Assembly (NCBI RefSeq): GCF_018977255.1
Contig: NW_024704742.1
Coordinates: 67,148,001 to 67,212,000 of the forward strand
DNA length: 64,000 nt
Reading direction: 5' to 3'
Origin: Callorhinchus milii
Lineage: Eukaryota
Made by a program: the position numbers and the translations under genes. Under the pieces are notes generated by a model that did no database searches, was not told where the DNA came from, and saw only the letters and a list, made by a program, of their open reading frames with translations. This document shows positions 27,131 through 39,747 of the stretch, in pieces. Positions within the stretch are counted from its first letter, which is position 1, and every line of letters begins with the position of its first letter.

Positions 27131-28365
27131 GTAAGTGATTTTAACATGAATATGCAAAATACACAGTCAATTCACTTTAGAGAATATGATGTGAAGCACT
27201 TTGGAATGTCTTCGATAATATGATGAGGCGTTATATCAAATGCAAGGATTATTATATTATTATGAATACCTCTTCTAGCGGCCCAGTTGCCGATCTTAAA
27301 TTAGATCTTAGATGCCTTCTTAATTTCATATCATTTTGATTCAATCAAAAACAGCATCTGGTGCCCAAATAAAACATTTATTGTACTTTTTAATGATCTG
27401 TTTGGAACTTGCTGCGTGAGCGGTGGTTAAAGCAGATAGTATAGTTGTATTTAAGAGAAAGCTAGATATTCACATAAAAAAGAAAGGAATATATATTTTT
27501 GGTTAGATGGGTGTCTGACACATGAGGAAACCCATCACCAGGCTTAAGAGTATCCAAACCAAACGGGGAATTTCATGTATCCTACCAACACATGGAAATC
27601 CCCGATAGACTGTTGGAATGGAATGTGCACTCTCTCCTTGGAAGGACACATCCTGTTTACCTAATTCTGGTGAGTATTAGGTAGAAGTTGGCACCCAGAG
27701 TGCGTTGGGGTTCTGCTGAAGTCTAACCAGCTAAAACTACATAGCTTGCCACTGGTATCACTATCTGGCACGCTTTCCCATGGCTTGTCCAACTAGGACC
27801 AGGTTACAGGGAATAGAATTACACTTTTATATATAGCGCCTTTCACGTTGGGAAGATGGAAGAAGGGAAGAGAAGGGAATAGAATGGTATAGGAGAAAGT
27901 GAAGAGTGGGTGGAGTATAAACACAGGCACCAACTTGTTGGAACGAATGGCCTGTTTCCATGCTGCACAATCTATAAATCTCTGTAATAGTCTACTTGAC
28001 TATTAATAATAATAATAATCCTTTCATTTGATTTTCACTTCGGGAGCATGTCTCAAAACGCTTCACAGGATTCTATGTAAAATGTCGTGACACTTTACAG
28101 TGAACTCCAGTGAAGCGCTTTGGTTCCCGTCAACATCTTGACTCCTGCAGATCTGAACTCCTCAACCTCCCTGGTCTCTCCCTCAGACTCACTGAACCAA
28201 TGTGCAATCTAGGCGTCTGGTTTGACCCCAACTGTCCTTCCTCCCCCACATCCAGTCCCTGACCAGGCCCGCCTTCCTCCGCCACATTGCCCCCTCTGAC
28301 CGTATCTTACCCCAAATGTAGCCCAAACCCTTTTGCAAGCGTTTGTCACCTCCCGCCTGGATCAC

Positions 28366-28737
28366 TCAAAAGCTGAGCTCCAGAGCTATGATGTGGAGAG
28401 CGCTGCTTTGCCAGAGATGCCGTCCTTTGGATGACGCGTTAAACCGAGGTCCTGTCTGCCTTGGATGTTTTAGATCCTATTACACTATTTGAAAAGACAT
28501 CTTCCCAATGTGAAAGGGGCGATACAGGGTGAATCAAAAGTCCTGACTTAGAGGTCTGGATGAGATGCTCAACTGCATGTCATGTAGATGTTTTCACATA
28601 TCAACTCGGTGACAAAAACTTTTACAAATGTGATGAAAGACATCTCCTGTAATAGCTACATAATGTCGTCTTAAAAAAATTAATAATTAAAAACTCTATG
28701 ATTCTGATTCAACTCGGAAAATGTAAATTGCTGCTGT
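28366..28737 (+). mobile_element. Second copy of the SINE+MITE composite, inserted in an L2 remnant in a SPON2 intron
   Basis: Colinear with 19661-20046 including both junctions; flanking duplication ACTCAAA at 28364-28370 and 28738-28744. Confidence 0.78.
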
Positions 28738-30744
28738 ACTCAAACGCACTCTTCGCCGGTCTCCCCAGCTCCACTATTCAAAAAATCCATCTCATTCAGA
28801 ACTCTGCTGCCCGCATACTTATCCGGACCAAACGCTCTACCCCTATCTCACCAATTCTGGCCAGGCTCCACTGGCTCCCCATCACCGAACGGGTCGACTT
28901 CAAGATCCTCACTCATGTTCAAATCCATTCACTCCCTGGCACCACCCTACCTCTCCAACCTCCTCACTCCCCCAATCCACCACCTCTGCTCGACTGGCAC
29001 CAGCCTCCTGCTTGTCCCTCGTCCCCTCCTCCCCACCAACGGATGTCGCGCTTTCAACCACTACGCCCTGAAACACCTTGCCCCCTATCTTCCCTTTTTC
29101 AAGGCCCCACCATGAAAATCTTCCTGTTCAACCGTGCTTTCGGTCACCCCTCTTCCCACCCCCCATTCGGAGTCAGGCTATGAGACGTTACCATGAGTGG
29201 AAGGCACTATATAAGTGCAAGTTGTTAAGATTCCTTTTATATTTTGTAGTCCACCTTTGTGAGGTTCAAAAGAGCATTTTTCAATACAAAGTTGCGGTTC
29301 TCATTCCAATTGTGAAGCATCAGAAATTAGTTTTAATTCAAATAGTCTTTTCGGTGCTAGCGATTCAAACGGTAATATAACACGTTGGACATCCAAAATT
29401 TGCAAATTGTTGAATTCAGTTGTAACTTTGAAGTTTTTTTTGTGTAGTTCTTAAAGGAAACTTACAGAAAACTGGCTTCAAAATGATGATGGTATTTAGG
29501 AATTTGCCAAATTCTGGATGTTCTGAAAATGCAACATAGATCGAATAAATCTAGACTCAGATGGAGGTTCTCCCCATGTGTGCTTTGGGACACCAGGGAG
29601 ATGGAATCCTGTGCCGTGTTTGAGTCTCTAATTCCAGCTGCTGATAGCTTACAGAAGCAAAGTGTCTGGCTGAGTGCGGTGGGAGGGAGCAACACCCTTC
29701 TAGCCTATGACTGGAGAACACAGGTGTGGTTGGCAGAAGTCAAGGCATAAAGGACTTTCAAAGTACACAGTGGGGTTCTGCTGGAACTGAGACACCTGAA
29801 ACCACACAGCTCAGTGCAGCAATACAATACTAATCCTTGCATTTGATATTTGTTTGAAAGATTTGTAGGTTTCTAGCTCTTCGTGCAGCTAGGACCACAC
29901 TACGTGTCATGGCATTGGGTTTCAGAGATATCAGGAGCCTGGTGGGAAGAATCCCATCTCTCTGCAGATGAACCAATCAATGGTCAGCAGTGCTATGGAG
30001 TTCTGCGGACCTGCTTAGCTCATCACAATGTCTACCGTAGAGACTTGTCTCAACTCTGTCTTCAGCAGGTCCATTGCCATGGAGCCAAAGAGACCCCACG
30101 GAGACCCTAAGAGACCCCCCCCTCCTCCCCACAATTCTATTCCACATTCCATCGCCCATCTTGATCCTCTTGAAAAAAAGAATCTGCTCGAGAGTAAAAA
30201 TTTCCACAGTCAAAATGTGCTCTTTGACTTATAAACACTTTTTAGTTTTTTGGGAAAAGCAGATTGTTTTGAAGTATTTATGCCATTAAAATGATATAGT
30301 GTTCTGAGAAGGCCTGTGTGCCTGAAGAAGATAGGCAGGTTTGCAGGAATGCAAGACAGACCTGGGGTAGACATGTCCTTAACTCCGAGAGACAAAGCCT
30401 CTGGAGACAATTTTTTGCTGGCTGGACAAACACTGGTTTGTGCAGTTATCCATTAACTCTGATTTGTGGAAATAGTGAATATATCTCATTCTTGGCTCTG
30501 TTTCCTTTAAACCACCAATGATTCACAAATACAAGAAAAATGTTAATTGTGCCAATTCTGTAAAGAAGACTTTTCTGAAGATTTAAGGGGAATGGAATGA
30601 TTGCTTGGGCATATGGTTACTGGTTTATGCTGATTACGTATATCTATTGTGGTTTTAATGTATTACCGCTGGAGGGAAGATACTGCAAACTCTGTAGCAT
30701 TGGCGACCATTTCTTTACATCTTTGCTCTTTCGCTTAAAAACAG

Positions 30745-30968
30745 CGGTTAGCCACAGCAGTGACTACCACATGTGGAGGCTGGGTGAGTATGCCAGTAAT
30801 GGAGTGCGGGAGTTTGTGGAGAAAGGCGAGGCGTGGGGCTTGATGAAAGAGGTGGAGGCAGCAGGAGAGAAGATCCAAAGTGTCTATGGGATCTTCTCTG
30901 CACCAGCCAGCACCAGTGGTACGGAGCAGACCTCGACTGAATTTGAGGTGCACCCCCGGCATTCTCTT
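30745..30968 (+). CDS. SPON2: Spondin-2 coding exon 2
   Basis: ac[82 protein letters not shown]; donor GTGAGT at 30969; 224 nt, frame-compatible. Confidence 0.96.
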
Positions 30969-31018
30969 GTGAGTATCCCTCCATATTGTTGCTTGAGCTT
31001 GCTCCTAATTTGTCAATG

Positions 31019-31355
31019 TGTCAATCAGTCTGGTTCCACTGATAGCACTAGCACTCTCACCTTGTCTCTGAGTCAGAGGTTGTGGGTTCAAGTCCCAAGA
31101 CGGCACTTTGAACTCGCATTGTCTTGTCTGACACTCGAATGCAGTGCTGGAGGGAGAGGTGCACTTCATTGTTAGAGGTGCTTTGGATGTTAAATCGAGG
31201 TCCCGCCTGACTTCAGATGGACACGAATGATTGGGTGACATCATTCGTAAAGAGAAAGGAGCTTTTCCCAATGTCCTGGCCAGCAATCCATCAGATAAAA
31301 TTGGTTATTCAGTTCATGATTGTTTGTGGGATATTGTTGTGCCAAATTGGCTGCC
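31019..31355 (+). mobile_element. Older Deu-type SINE family with a different tRNA-like head; others at about 1955-2335(+), 3360-3765(-), 8854-9190(+), 32940-33250(-), 36105-36550(+), 42540-42960(-), 44540-44957(+), 50245-50640(-)
   Basis: Head TGTCAG..GGTAGCACTCTC..CTGAGTCAGAAGGTTGTGGGTTCAAGTCCC, middle GATGTTAAACCGAGGTCCC..GTTCAGGTGGA, then the same GTGCAAATTGGCTGC core and tail. SacSINE1/AmnSINE-like organisation as recalled. Confidence 0.75.
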
Positions 31356-33615
31356 AAAATTTTTCTTCAGTAAATCCCAAAGACAATCCTGTAATCCCCT
31401 ATTGTCTTCTCTCTCATTAGGCATCACGTTGCCTCTTAAGTGCATTTTATTTTATTCATCCCAAAACTACTTGGCTCATCGGTGTCAGTCTGGCACAGAT
31501 TAATTAATGGTAGCGCTCTTGCTTCTGGTGTATGTCTCTGAGTTTACTTTGGGATTTTGAGCTCACAGGCTATGCTGACACTCCAGTGCAGTCTTGAGGG
31601 AGGGCTACATTGTCAGAGGTGCTGCCCTTAGGATGCTGTGTTAAGCCAAGGCCCTGTGTTAAGACAAGGCCAAGCCAAATGGCCACTGTGTTTTCTGACT
31701 AAAAATACAGTCACTGCACTTCACCAGAATTTCCATTAACGTACAGAAAAAAAATCCTGTGATTTGCTATGAGATGTCCTCCCAACACGAGAAATGCTAT
31801 ATCAAATGTAAGGACTACCATTAATAAGTATTTGGAGGCCTTTTGACATAATAAGGTCTTGTGAAAATAGTTTTTTTTAATCTGCTGCACATGGACCAGT
31901 GAAGGCAAACTGGTTTTAAAAAAAAGGTTGAAATAAATATAAGCCAGAAGCACTATACACATTTTGCAGTGAAGAGGTAATATTCTCCTGGCCATCTGTT
32001 CCTCTCCATGCTACACAGAGGTTTATCATCTACCTGTGGAGCCAGCATTCCCAATTATATCCACTTAACCTCATAAATTGATTTTACCCAGGTCCAGATG
32101 GAGCTCTTACCTCAGTCCTGACATTTTATGGGGTCAGAGTACGTGTTAATTCCACAGAAGTGTTCTTAAACATAAATCTGAAGCTGATCATAATGAAAGC
32201 TTCAAAGAGACTTGGGATAAGAATGGGCTGTGTGGTTTTGTCCAGCACTTAACTCAATGGGCTGACTCTCGTTCATGTGTTGAGCATGCTTGTACAGTCA
32301 CTTAAAAAAAATCTTTAAAATCGAAATATCACAACAGAGTTTGGATGAAGAAGGTCCTTTGGTCCATTTGATCTCATCCTTCCAGAATACCCATCCTACC
32401 ATCCTCCCATTACAATATTGAATTGTTTCTTAAATGAGTCCCAGCGCCCTGGCCTCAACCACCCTTCCCAGTACTCCTGTTAATTACCCTCTAGGGAAAT
32501 AAATACTTCCTGTTGCCTGCCCTCAAATTTTCTTTTACCAGCTTGCCATTAATAGGCGCTCTTGTCAAGTGTAGTGACTGTATTTTGTGGTCAAATGTGG
32601 CTACCGATTTGCACGTAGCAAGGTCCTACAGATTTATCTGGAACATTACTATAAATCAGGGTTGAAAATGTGATTGGCACTCTGGGTCCTCAAACCTTGG
32701 AACTCGCCAACCTGTACCTAATAATTTCTGGGCTTGGGTAAGAAGGGTGCTTCCCTTCAGGGAGAGAGTGCACATTCCATTCTAGGCACAGGGCAATTTC
32801 CATGTGTGGGTGGCATATATATATATGTGGAACTCTTATCTGCTTTGGATACTCTTAAGCATGGTGATAGGTTTCTGCATTGCGTCAGACATCCCTCTGA
32901 CCAAAATCACATTGCAGTATTTAATGTCAATTGCAGTGGATATTCAATTGCAGCAAAGTTCCACAAATGGGCATGAGGCAAATGAGCAATTTTTTTTGGA
33001 GAATTGTGGACTAGGACATCTGGAGGAACTCCCTTCTCTTTTCAATAGTGCTATGGGACTTTTAACATCCACCTGAACGGGCAGAAGGCAGTTGAATTTA
33101 ACATCTCAACTGGAGGACGGCAACTCTGACAATTCAGTGGTCCCCAGTACTGCCCTGGAGTGTCAACCTGGACTGTTGAGCTGAAGTCCCCAAGAAGGGG
33201 CTTGAACTCATTACTTACTGACTGGAAGCAAGATTAAGCCAGACTGACATCAGAGAGCAATTTAGATTGGGGGAGGGAATATAGAGGGAGAAGAATGTGA
33301 GAGAATTCAAAAGACTTTAGTAATAAATTGGGAGCTCCTAAAGTGAACCATGGTTTTGTCCATTTGGGAATTGTAGTGTATTTTGAGTGAAAACGTGACA
33401 GGGGTGAGAGTTGAATGGTGACCTATTTATCGGGACAATTATTAAGTCCACATGAACAGAGGCAGACAAAGCCTACGTTTAACATCTCATCTGTAGTATG
33501 GCACCTTTGACATTGCAGGGCTCCAACAGCACAGCAGTGGAGTGTTAGCCTGAAGTACGAATTCAAGTCCCAGCTTGAAACCTTCTTACCCAAAAATCCA
33601 TATGCTTATTTCCAG

Positions 33616-33807
33616 CTTTCCTTCATGGCTCGGATTGTGCCGAGCCCCGACTGGTTTGTAGGTCGTGACAGTTTCAATCTGTGTGAAGGAAACCACTGGA
33701 AAGAGCAGGTGTCCGTGGACCTGTATCCACACGATGCGGGGACCGACAGCGGCTTCACCTTCTCATCTCCCAACTTTGCCACGATTCCCCAGGAGACCAT
33801 CACTCAG
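33616..33807 (+). CDS. SPON2: Spondin-2 coding exon 3
   Basis: tttcc[69 protein letters not shown], containing the PSPDWF and DAGTDSG spondin motifs; donor GTAACA at 33808. Confidence 0.97.
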
Positions 33808-34944
33808 GTAACAATGTGACCAAAAATCATGTAGGCTGTCTGGCACTGAAACAAGCCATTCAGCCAATTAGTCCATGCTAGTGTTTATACGTGTTCCTCC
33901 ATCCCTCCTAATCCCCCCATCCCCTCTCCCTCAGACCTCTATAATGTTCCTACCAAATAACATGCTTAATTTAAAAAAGGGAGTTTCTCCCAACTGCTCC
34001 GGCCAACAATCCTTCAGATAAAATTGCAAATGCTGTGCGCAAATTGGCTGCCGCAATTGGCTACAAAATACAATCATTTGCACTTTACACTAAATCCTGT
34101 GAAGAACTTTGAGATGGCCTCTCAATATGTAGGGCACTTTATTAAATGCAAGGTTATTATGATTATTATTTTAAAAAATCCTTGCACTTAATACAGTGCC
34201 TTTAACGTTGAAACATCTCAAAATGCTTCACAGCTAATTGCTGTCAAATGCAGTGTCTTATCCGTCAAGGCAGAGCACCCCCAGCACTGCACTGGAGTCT
34301 CTGCCTAGACTATGGGCTAAAGTCCCTAACATGCGGCTTGATACCACAACCTTCTGACATAGAAGGTTGGACCTCACCCTAATATTTCCACTGGTTGGTA
34401 AATTAGCAATGATGGGTATGTACAAGTTGGAAGTTTTAAGAAATGTTTTTTACACAAAGGTTTATTAGAAATGAGGGTGAGTTATCACAAGTGGTTATTG
34501 AAGTCAAATTACTTACCAGATTTAAAAGGAAATTAGGTAAACACTTGAAGAATAAAGAATAAACAGTATCTCAGTTTAATGTCTTGTCCTAAAGATAAAA
34601 ATAAACAGGCCAAGGAGGAAGCACAGGAATAGGATTGGAGTAGACAGTTCCAGTGGCGAGATGGTGGCATAAAACAAATTTGGTCACTCAATCCATGACC
34701 GTTTGTGGGAAACAGTTGTGTGCAATTGGCTGCTGCATTTCACCCATAAAATACACAGTCAATTAATCCACTTTACGATATAATCTGTGAAGCGTTTTGA
34801 GACATCTCAACGATATGAGGCACTGTATCAAATGCAAGGATTATTATGATAATTGTTCTGAGTTCCAGATGCACGTAAAATGCGACAAAGCCAAAAATCT
34901 AGTGTCTTTTCACACTAACCTCCTGGACATCCTTCATTCATTAG

Positions 34945-35122
34945 ATAACGTCGAGCTCTCCAAACCATCCCGCAAACTCTTTCTTCTACCCGAGACTGAA
35001 GCACCTTCCTCCGATGGCCAGAGTTACATTGACAAAGCTGAGAGACAGCCGGGTGATAGGGATTTCTACAGTTCAGTCCAACCTCCTTCCTATGGGCAAT
35101 GAGATTGATGACTCAATATCAG
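34945..35122 (+). CDS. SPON2: Spondin-2 coding exon 4 (not in ORF track)
   Basis: cattAG|ATA; ITSSSPNHPANSFFYPRLKHLPPMARVTLTKLRDSRVIGISTVQSNLLPMGNEIDDSIS; donor GTGACT at 35123 (phase 1). HPANSFxYPRLK is a spondin motif. Confidence 0.94.
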
Positions 35123-36663
35123 GTGACTTGAATGCTTCAGTATTATATTGCTCCTTATTATAATCTAACAATGCAGCTCTACGCTGGGCCACATTGACTG
35201 GTTGCATCCCACATACAAGGAATACTTTCTCATAATGTGGTCCATAAAATTAGATAAAGTGTCAATGTGGGACTGCAACAAAAAATGTCTATCGTTCCCA
35301 TTTCCCAGGTCATCGCTGATCTAATTTCTGGGACATGGGTAGAAACCTGGCCGATCGGTGCCGCACATGGACCGCACTTCTGTCTAGGTGGAATTTCGTA
35401 TTTTTGGAATCCAGTTTCAAGTGCTCCGGGACACTACCCTACTTGAAGAGCGCTATATAATTGCAAGTTGTTCTTGTTGTTATTGACTCCTTTTGTTTGG
35501 AGCCTTCAACAGTAAATTCCTTTGGTTTATTACTGCTCTTTCCCACCGGCTGGGATAGTTCCCTTGTGGGAACGATTTTTAATATGTCTCATGACCTGGT
35601 GGTGGGGAGGGGAACTGTTTACACTGATTGTAACCTGGCCAGATGTCTAAGCACCCCCTGCCTGCCTGCACTCAGCCCCTCGCTGGTAAACCTTCCCTTA
35701 ACAGACGCCTTTCTTGAAAGGAAATGCCTTGCGCTGCCCACATTTTAGTGCAGATCACTCTATCTGGCTCTTACAACGTTAAGGCCAGCACTGTGCAGAT
35801 ATTTTTATTTCAGAAAAAAAGCTTTCGATTGGTTGATTCTTTAAATTTTGGGTGATGCTATTGCAAGGGAATTAGCATTGAGTTAGCATCGTATTGAGTT
35901 CCTGACTGAACTACTGACATCTTTTACTTTTGCAACAAAGTAGGTATTTACATTTTGGATGGTATCGGATGTTCCATAAGCAAAAGCGCTGGCTACTGGC
36001 TCGTTCAGAAAGGGGGTAGCGGTAAACCTGTGTCCGATAACTCCAACCTCCATATTATTCCTTCTCCCCTCTCCTCAGCATCTCAGAGCGAGATCTCTCA
36101 CATCTGAGTCAGAAGGTCATCGGTTCAGGTTCCACATCAGGACTTTGAATTGAAGGTTGAGGCTGCACTCCAATGCAATATTGGAGACATTCCCCTGATG
36201 AAAAAGGCGCTATATAAATGCAATTTGTTGTTGTAGGGAACTCTGCAATTTTGGAGGTACTGTTCTTTGGTTGAGATGATAAACTGAGGTCCCATCTGTC
36301 TGTCCGGTTGGATATTAGAGATCCCGTGGCACTATTCAAAAACAAAATGAATTTCTCCCGGAGTCCTGGCCAACAATCGTACCAAATAAAATTCACTTCA
36401 TGGCTATTTGTGGGACATTGCTATTTTTTAAACTTGCTGCTATGTTCACTTACAAAATACACAGTCACTACACATTACATTAAACTCCTGTAAAGCACTT
36501 TGAGATTTCTTGACGACGTGATAAGGTGCCATACCAGATGCAATAATTCTGATAAATGGAGCTTCTTGCTGGAATTATTGACATGGGCTATGGAAGAAGA
36601 AGGCTTGAATGAGCGATCGATATTTTCTCATCTCACACTGTCTGTTCTGAATGTGTATTGCAG

Positions 36664-36842
36664 AGACGCCGCTGGACTGTGAGGTCTCCACATGGTCCTC
36701 CTGGGGCCTGTGCATGGGAAAGTGCACCCAGATGGGTTCCAAGCACCGCACTCGCTACATCCGATTGAAGCCAGCCAACAACGGCAACCCCTGCCCAACA
36801 CTGGAGGAGGAGAAGGAGTGTGTGCTGGATAACTGTGTGTAG
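36664..36842 (+). CDS. SPON2: Spondin-2 last coding exon: thrombospondin type-1 repeat
   Basis: ttgc[63 protein letters not shown]. Joined CDS 223+224+192+178+179 = 996 nt = 331 aa. Confidence 0.97.
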
Positions 36843-37243
36843 CGGCGGCATCTGGTGGTGACTGATTGCATTGACGCCTTCAGCAGGGCTGATTATTTTT
36901 GTATATCGAACCAGCGAAGGTTCGTGAGATGCAAATGAATTTCAAGCAATTGTCAGCAATTCAGGGCTCTGAATGCTGGCTTCCTCTGTTGCCATTTGTC
37001 CTCCCTGAATGCTACCAATGCTTTTCCTGTCAGCCTTCATTTTCCGGACATCAAAGCCACATCTCTCGTTCCTTTGCACCAACATATTGATGGAGAGAAC
37101 CTACCCACACATGCGCGCCCTGATATGAAATCCATAACCAGAGTAGAATGGACATGGAGATATCATCCCATCGAGGGGTCTGGACCCACTGTTGTGAACT
37201 TGTGAGCAATGATTGAGAGGTTTGCAACCATCATCTGAACCTG

Positions 37244-37249
37244 AATAAA
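37244..37249 (+). other. SPON2: Candidate SPON2 polyadenylation signal AATAAA
   Basis: First AATAAA about 400 nt after the stop, followed by T-rich sequence; alternatives at 37745 and 38101. Confidence 0.5.
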
Positions 37250-38369
37250 GACATACAATCTCCTCATAAATTGTTGATTTCAGACTTAACTTTTAAATTG
37301 TTTTTCTTAAAAGAAATTGACGGAGAAACCGGCTTCAAAATTAAGCATTTAACAATTTGCCAAAATACTGAACGTTCTAGAATGAGGTCATTTATAATTC
37401 TCTCCCCCCGTCTCTGATTTAACATCGGTTTTGAAGTTCCTCCTCGGTCTATCTGGCAATGTGCCCAGCTGTGTCTGGATCAGCAAATATGCTGTACCTC
37501 TCCCTCCACCCCCAAACACACACAGATGTCCTCGATCAGTGACAGTGTTCACCCAAAGAGAAATAACAATTGTGTCTTTAGATAGCATCAATTTAAGATT
37601 ACTAGCCACAAAAAAGCAAATGAGAGCGGTTTTCAGAAATTTGTTTTTACACACTGAGTTATTATTAGGGCATGGGACACCACATCAAAAAAAAAGTGGA
37701 TGAAACAGAATTTATAATAACTTTCAAAAGGAACGATCAGAAAGAATAAAAGGGTAAGGGGATAAGGACAGGGGAGTGGGACTAAATGAATAGCTCTTAC
37801 TCTGGGGCTAGATTCTCTCTATTTATGTAGCATTTTAAAACATTCAGAAATTGGCAATTCTTAAATGCAGCCTTAATTTTGAAACTGTTTTTTNCTTGAG
37901 TTTCTTTCAAGAACTTTGGAGAACTGGCTTCAAAGTTAAGTATGAATTCAGCAATCTGCTATACATTGGCCGCTCTGAAACACTACACAGAGTTAAGTGG
38001 AAATGGGGTGGAATTTCTCCCCAGCAGAGAGCCGGCTCAGGCACAATGGACTGAATGGCCTCCTTCTGTGTTGTAAAATTCTATGGTTCATTCATCATGA
38101 AATAAATCTCCATTTGATCACCCTGGACATCTGTGAACTTTGTGTGTAATTCATAGCTGAGTGGAGATTGGTGGGTGCAGTGATTGGCTGCCGAGCATCC
38201 CCGGGATTGTACTTATATAGTGCCTTTCACCACAGGAGGACATCCTGAAGTGCTCAAGGACATTTGTGGGACATTGCTGTGCACAAATTGATTGCTGCGT
38301 TTGCCCACAAAATACATTGTATCCTGCTAATAATTGTTGCATTTGATATAGCACCTTTTCACATCAGTG

Positions 38370-38698
38370 GAGTCCTGTAGCTCAGTGGTTAGAGCACTCG
38401 CTTTGCAAGCGAGAGACCTGAGTTCAATTCCAGGCAGGGCAAAACCTTGGGCAAGTTTCCTTACTCCACACTCCTAATAATAATCCCTCCAAAACCCAAA
38501 ACAATAATAAATTGGTCATTTTCAATCTACGGCTGTTTGTGGGACATTGCTGTGCGCAATTGGCTGCCGCGTTCGCCCACAAATATACAGTCAATTCACT
38601 TTACAGTGTGTTCTGTGAAGCGCTTTGGGACGTCCTCCCGACATGAAAAGCGCTATATCAAATGCAAGGATTATTATTATTATTATTATTATATTATT
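38370..38698 (+). mobile_element. Young full-length tRNA(Ala)-derived SINE with Deu-like body and L2-type tail
   Basis: A box TAGCTCAGTGG, anticodon arm CTCGC-TTTGCAA-GCGAG, B box GTTCAATTCC, body GCTGTGCGCAATTGGCTGCCGCG, tail GCGCTATATCAAATGCAAGG(ATT)n; 7-bp TSD ATCAGTG at 38363-38369 and 38699-38705. Confidence 0.9.
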
Positions 38699-39104
38699 AT
38701 CAGTGCACCATTCTATTCCAGGCAATGGGAAATTTCCCTGCAGATGTGGAACTCTCAGGAGTATAGATATTTTTATAAGCATGGTGGTGGGTTTCGGAAG
38801 AACTGCACTTCCAACAAAGCATTGTTTCCCCAGCCCTGAACTGGAGTGTCAGCCTAGACTATGAGCTCCAAGTCTCAATGTGGGGCCTGAACCCTTCTGG
38901 CTTTGATTCAAAATTCCAGCACTTGAATCCTCATCTATACCAAACTCTGCATCCCGGTCATTCTAGTCCTTGCCAGAGTCCACTGGCTCCCTTGCAGAAT
39001 GGGTTGATTTCAAGATCGCTTAATACCCTGGCACCTCTCTATCTCTCCAACCTGCCCACAACCTACTCCTCTAACTGCCATCTACCTAGTGAGGGCTCAA
39101 ACCT

Positions 39105-39747
39105 GCACTTTTTGGATATTGAATGACCGGCTAGCAATATCCTCCGGTGGTGGGGGCTAAGCAGGGCTTCCTTGGAGCTGAACAGGCTCCAAGGTGACAT
39201 GCCTGGCAACAGAATGTCAGAATCGAGCCGGCCCTCTGTGGTGGTCTCGGTAGTCCGGTTCCTGAGCCAGGCAGGTCCACAGTATTCCAGGGCACTGCTG
39301 ATGACAGCACAGCCAGCCATTGGCAGGACCTGGAAGGGCAGACCAGTCACTGGGGGCAGGGAATCAACCTGCTCAGCTTCTGTTAACCCTGCAGGCCAAA
39401 GCCCTAATAGGTGGTCCCAGCTGGTTAAGCAATAGGAAAGCTTATCAGACAGATTTTATCAATGGCAAGCTATGTGTTTTTGGCTGGTTAGACTCCACTA
39501 GTACCCCAATACATACTCTGGAGTCCTCAAGTCTTGGCTCTCGTCAACCTGCCCCTTATATTTTCCGGAATTAGGTAAACAGGATGTGTCCCTCCAGGGA
39601 GAGAGTGCACATTTCATTCCAACAATCTATATCTGGAATTTCCATGTGTAGGTGGGATGCATGTAATTCTCAGCTTGGTTTGGATACTCTTAAACATGGT
39701 GATGGGTTTTCCGCATGTGTCAGATACCCAACTGACCAAAAAAAAAA
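39105..39747 (+). mobile_element. Unclassified ~640 bp non-coding A-tailed interspersed element (longest copy), inserted in an L2 remnant
   Basis: Other copies at about 12810-12935(+), 16645-17240(-), 18376-18910(-), 21215-21495(-), 23845-24121(+), 24274-24520(-), 27496-27810(-), 32680-32905(+), 55945-56020(-), 63646-63732(-). Most share the end ...GTCAGATACCCRRCTGACC(A)n and are variably truncated at the other end. Confidence 0.8.

Noticed and set aside
30597..31175. 192-aa ORF as a standalone gene
   Set aside because: Only 30745-30968 is the SPON2 exon; the rest is intronic read-through into a SINE.
37894..37894. Single N base
   Set aside because: Assembly ambiguity in a T-run; not biological.
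38370..38445. Apparent tRNA-Ala(TGC) genes (also 490, 45300, 52170, 63733)
   Set aside because: Acceptor and T stems do not pair properly and each runs into a SINE body; these are SINE heads.
39296..39340. CTGATGA in the unclassified element as a hammerhead core or C/D-box snoRNA
   Set aside because: It is sequestered in a hairpin stem, no stem II closes onto a GAAA with a matching stem III/NUH site, and there is no box C/D terminal arrangement.
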